A DNA stretch of 64,000 nucleotides from the NCBI GenBank assembly GCA_963693365.1, contig CAVNZM010000006.1, positions 1,798,001 through 1,862,000 on the forward strand, read 5' to 3'. This document shows positions 37,601-64,000 of this stretch, piece after piece. Numbering within the stretch: position 1 is the stretch's first letter; each line of letters starts with the position of its first letter. Source of the DNA: Amoebidium appalachense (taxonomy: Eukaryota; Protista; Ichthyosporea). A program made the translations under genes and the position numbers. The notes under the pieces are model-generated. The model saw nothing but the letters and a program-made list of their open reading frames with translations, was not told where the DNA came from and did no database searches.

Positions 37601-39454
37601 TGACCTAATGTTCAACAGGATAGCTTACCACCACAGCTGCTATCTGTGTGTTTGTGTAGTCAGACAAAAACTAACACATTGTTTCGTGCTGTAGATAGAT
37701 ATTTGCCACGTAGATGCACCGTAATGTAATTTTTGTAGGTGTTGTTTTTAGTTTTTTTTTTTTTGGGGGGGGGAGGGGGGGGGGGGGCTATGTATGAATG
37801 TTTAATAAGTTATTGCAGCAGTCTGTGTTCAGTTCTTGATAATCTTAACAGGATTCCTTTAGAAGGGGCTTCAGCCTTTTACTCTGTTGTACAATAGTAT
37901 CCCTTTGCACGGTGACACATGTACATACGTACCACCTGACCACTAATGTTCAACACACTATATGTAACACTTGGAATGCACCTTGGTCCATTGCACCAAA
38001 CGAATTATGCGTAAGAGATAGATCGTATAGAAATCTGTCGTGATTACTACGACATCTGCAACCAAAGGCAACAGTCAACAAGCACAGAGCATATCCACGT
38101 AGAGTGATACATACAAAGGCACCTGTATTTAAGCACTTGCCCACCACACACATAAAAATGTAAGCAGTATACTGGTGCTACTTAATTTTAGTGTGCACTA
38201 AATATGTGCTAGCTGTTGCCCTGTACATGCGTATGTGGGCCGGACTGGCAGGGCTATGTACCACGTGCACTGACTCAGTGTTTCCTTATAATTATTAACC
38301 CATAGCACCCCCCTCTGCCGGTCTGGCGGTCATGTGCGTTAAAGCTATGAATGTTCCCTCTCCTCAACAACCCCCTCCTCCCCCCCCCCCCCCCCCCCCC
38401 CCCCCTCCTCCTTCTTTTTCTTTGGTCTTTTTTTTGTGGCTGGGTGTGGCGGCGGCGGTGGGTGGGTGGGTGGCCATGAGGGGGTGGCGGGGGGTGGGGG
38501 TGGGGGTGTCTTTTCTGTGGCTGGGTGTACACGTGTGTGCGTGGGGGGGGGGGGAAGGGGAGGGGGTGGCCACGGGGGGTTTGGTGGGGGGGGGGGGGTT
38601 TGTTAAGTACGCACACACGTGTGCTAAAATAGGCGGGCAAAATTTGTCTGATTGCAGTACTTCACTGCAGCTGTCAGAAACTGGAAAAGATAAAAAGAAG
38701 AGAAAAAAGGGACGGCATGACGTGGCGGGTTTGTGTGTTTGTGTGTTTGTGTGTGCGCGCGCGTGTGTGTGTGTGTGTGGTAGGCGGCCAGGGGGGGGGG
38801 GGGGGGGGGGGGGGAGGGGGGAGTTCACATCGGACAACCACGTGCACCGCAAAGAGCACACACAGAATCGTGTCATATTGTAGAACAAGGTCGTTGGGTC
38901 GGTGGGTGGGTGCCCATGGGTTGGTGGTGGTGTTGGGGGCGGAGGGTGCGGAGGGGAGGGGGGATTGGATGGGGAAAGAAGAGCGGAATAGGAAAATGGA
39001 GGGGAGAGGGGTGGGGGGGGGGGGGGAGGGAGGGGGGGAGGGGGGATGTGGTGAACTTGTGTTGAGTGACAAAAGGTCAAACTATGTACGGCTTCCATCA
39101 TGTATATGGATGCCCTGCCGTCCCTGTGGATATGCACAATTTGTCGACCCTACTTCGATTCTGCAACCGGAGGGGTTTAGACATATAACATAAGTTCAAT
39201 AAGAATATTTGTAATTACTTTAATGACATACTAATACTAACCAATATTATCGTAGGATAAAAAAGACTAATAGTGCAACCGCAAGTGTACGGCAAGTTTT
39301 ACCACAGAAAACACTAAGGCAAGCTTGCACATACAATATGCAATAAGCAAAAACACAAACCCCCATAACCGTCAGACATACACACAAAAAATCCCCACAA
39401 CCATTAATATTAGATTTTCCCGCCCAATCCGCCATCGTCTAACTTAAAACATCC

Positions 39455-64000
<24,546 letters not shown>

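Overview
Eukaryotic, intron-dense DNA packed with homopolymer (C/G, A/T) and dinucleotide (CA/TG, CT/AG) runs, so almost all ORFs in the supplied track are microsatellite read-throughs. Manual splicing supports four genes. (1) The last exon of a GIGYF-family protein (+, 64-623). (2) An intronless ClpB/Hsp101/Hsp104-type disaggregase with no N-terminal domain (-, 6799-8973). (3) A complete USP48-like deubiquitinase of about 29 exons (+, 13279-37600). (4) A gene of at least 35 exons, 5'-incomplete in this window, for a bacterial-type alpha-2-macroglobulin that appears to lack the CxEQ thioester (-, 39455 to beyond 64000). The gene set suggests a non-metazoan eukaryote, possibly a unicellular holozoan (inference only). 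Notable non-coding structure includes a 3'-anchored dispersed repeat family that always lies sense to its host gene next to poly-C tracts, an array of a conserved ~18-nt motif spaced by poly-G/poly-T tracts (2.58-4.61 kb), a ~180-bp intronic hairpin, and strong transcription-linked strand bias of the simple repeats. Exon boundaries were read by eye and homopolymer lengths may be unreliable.
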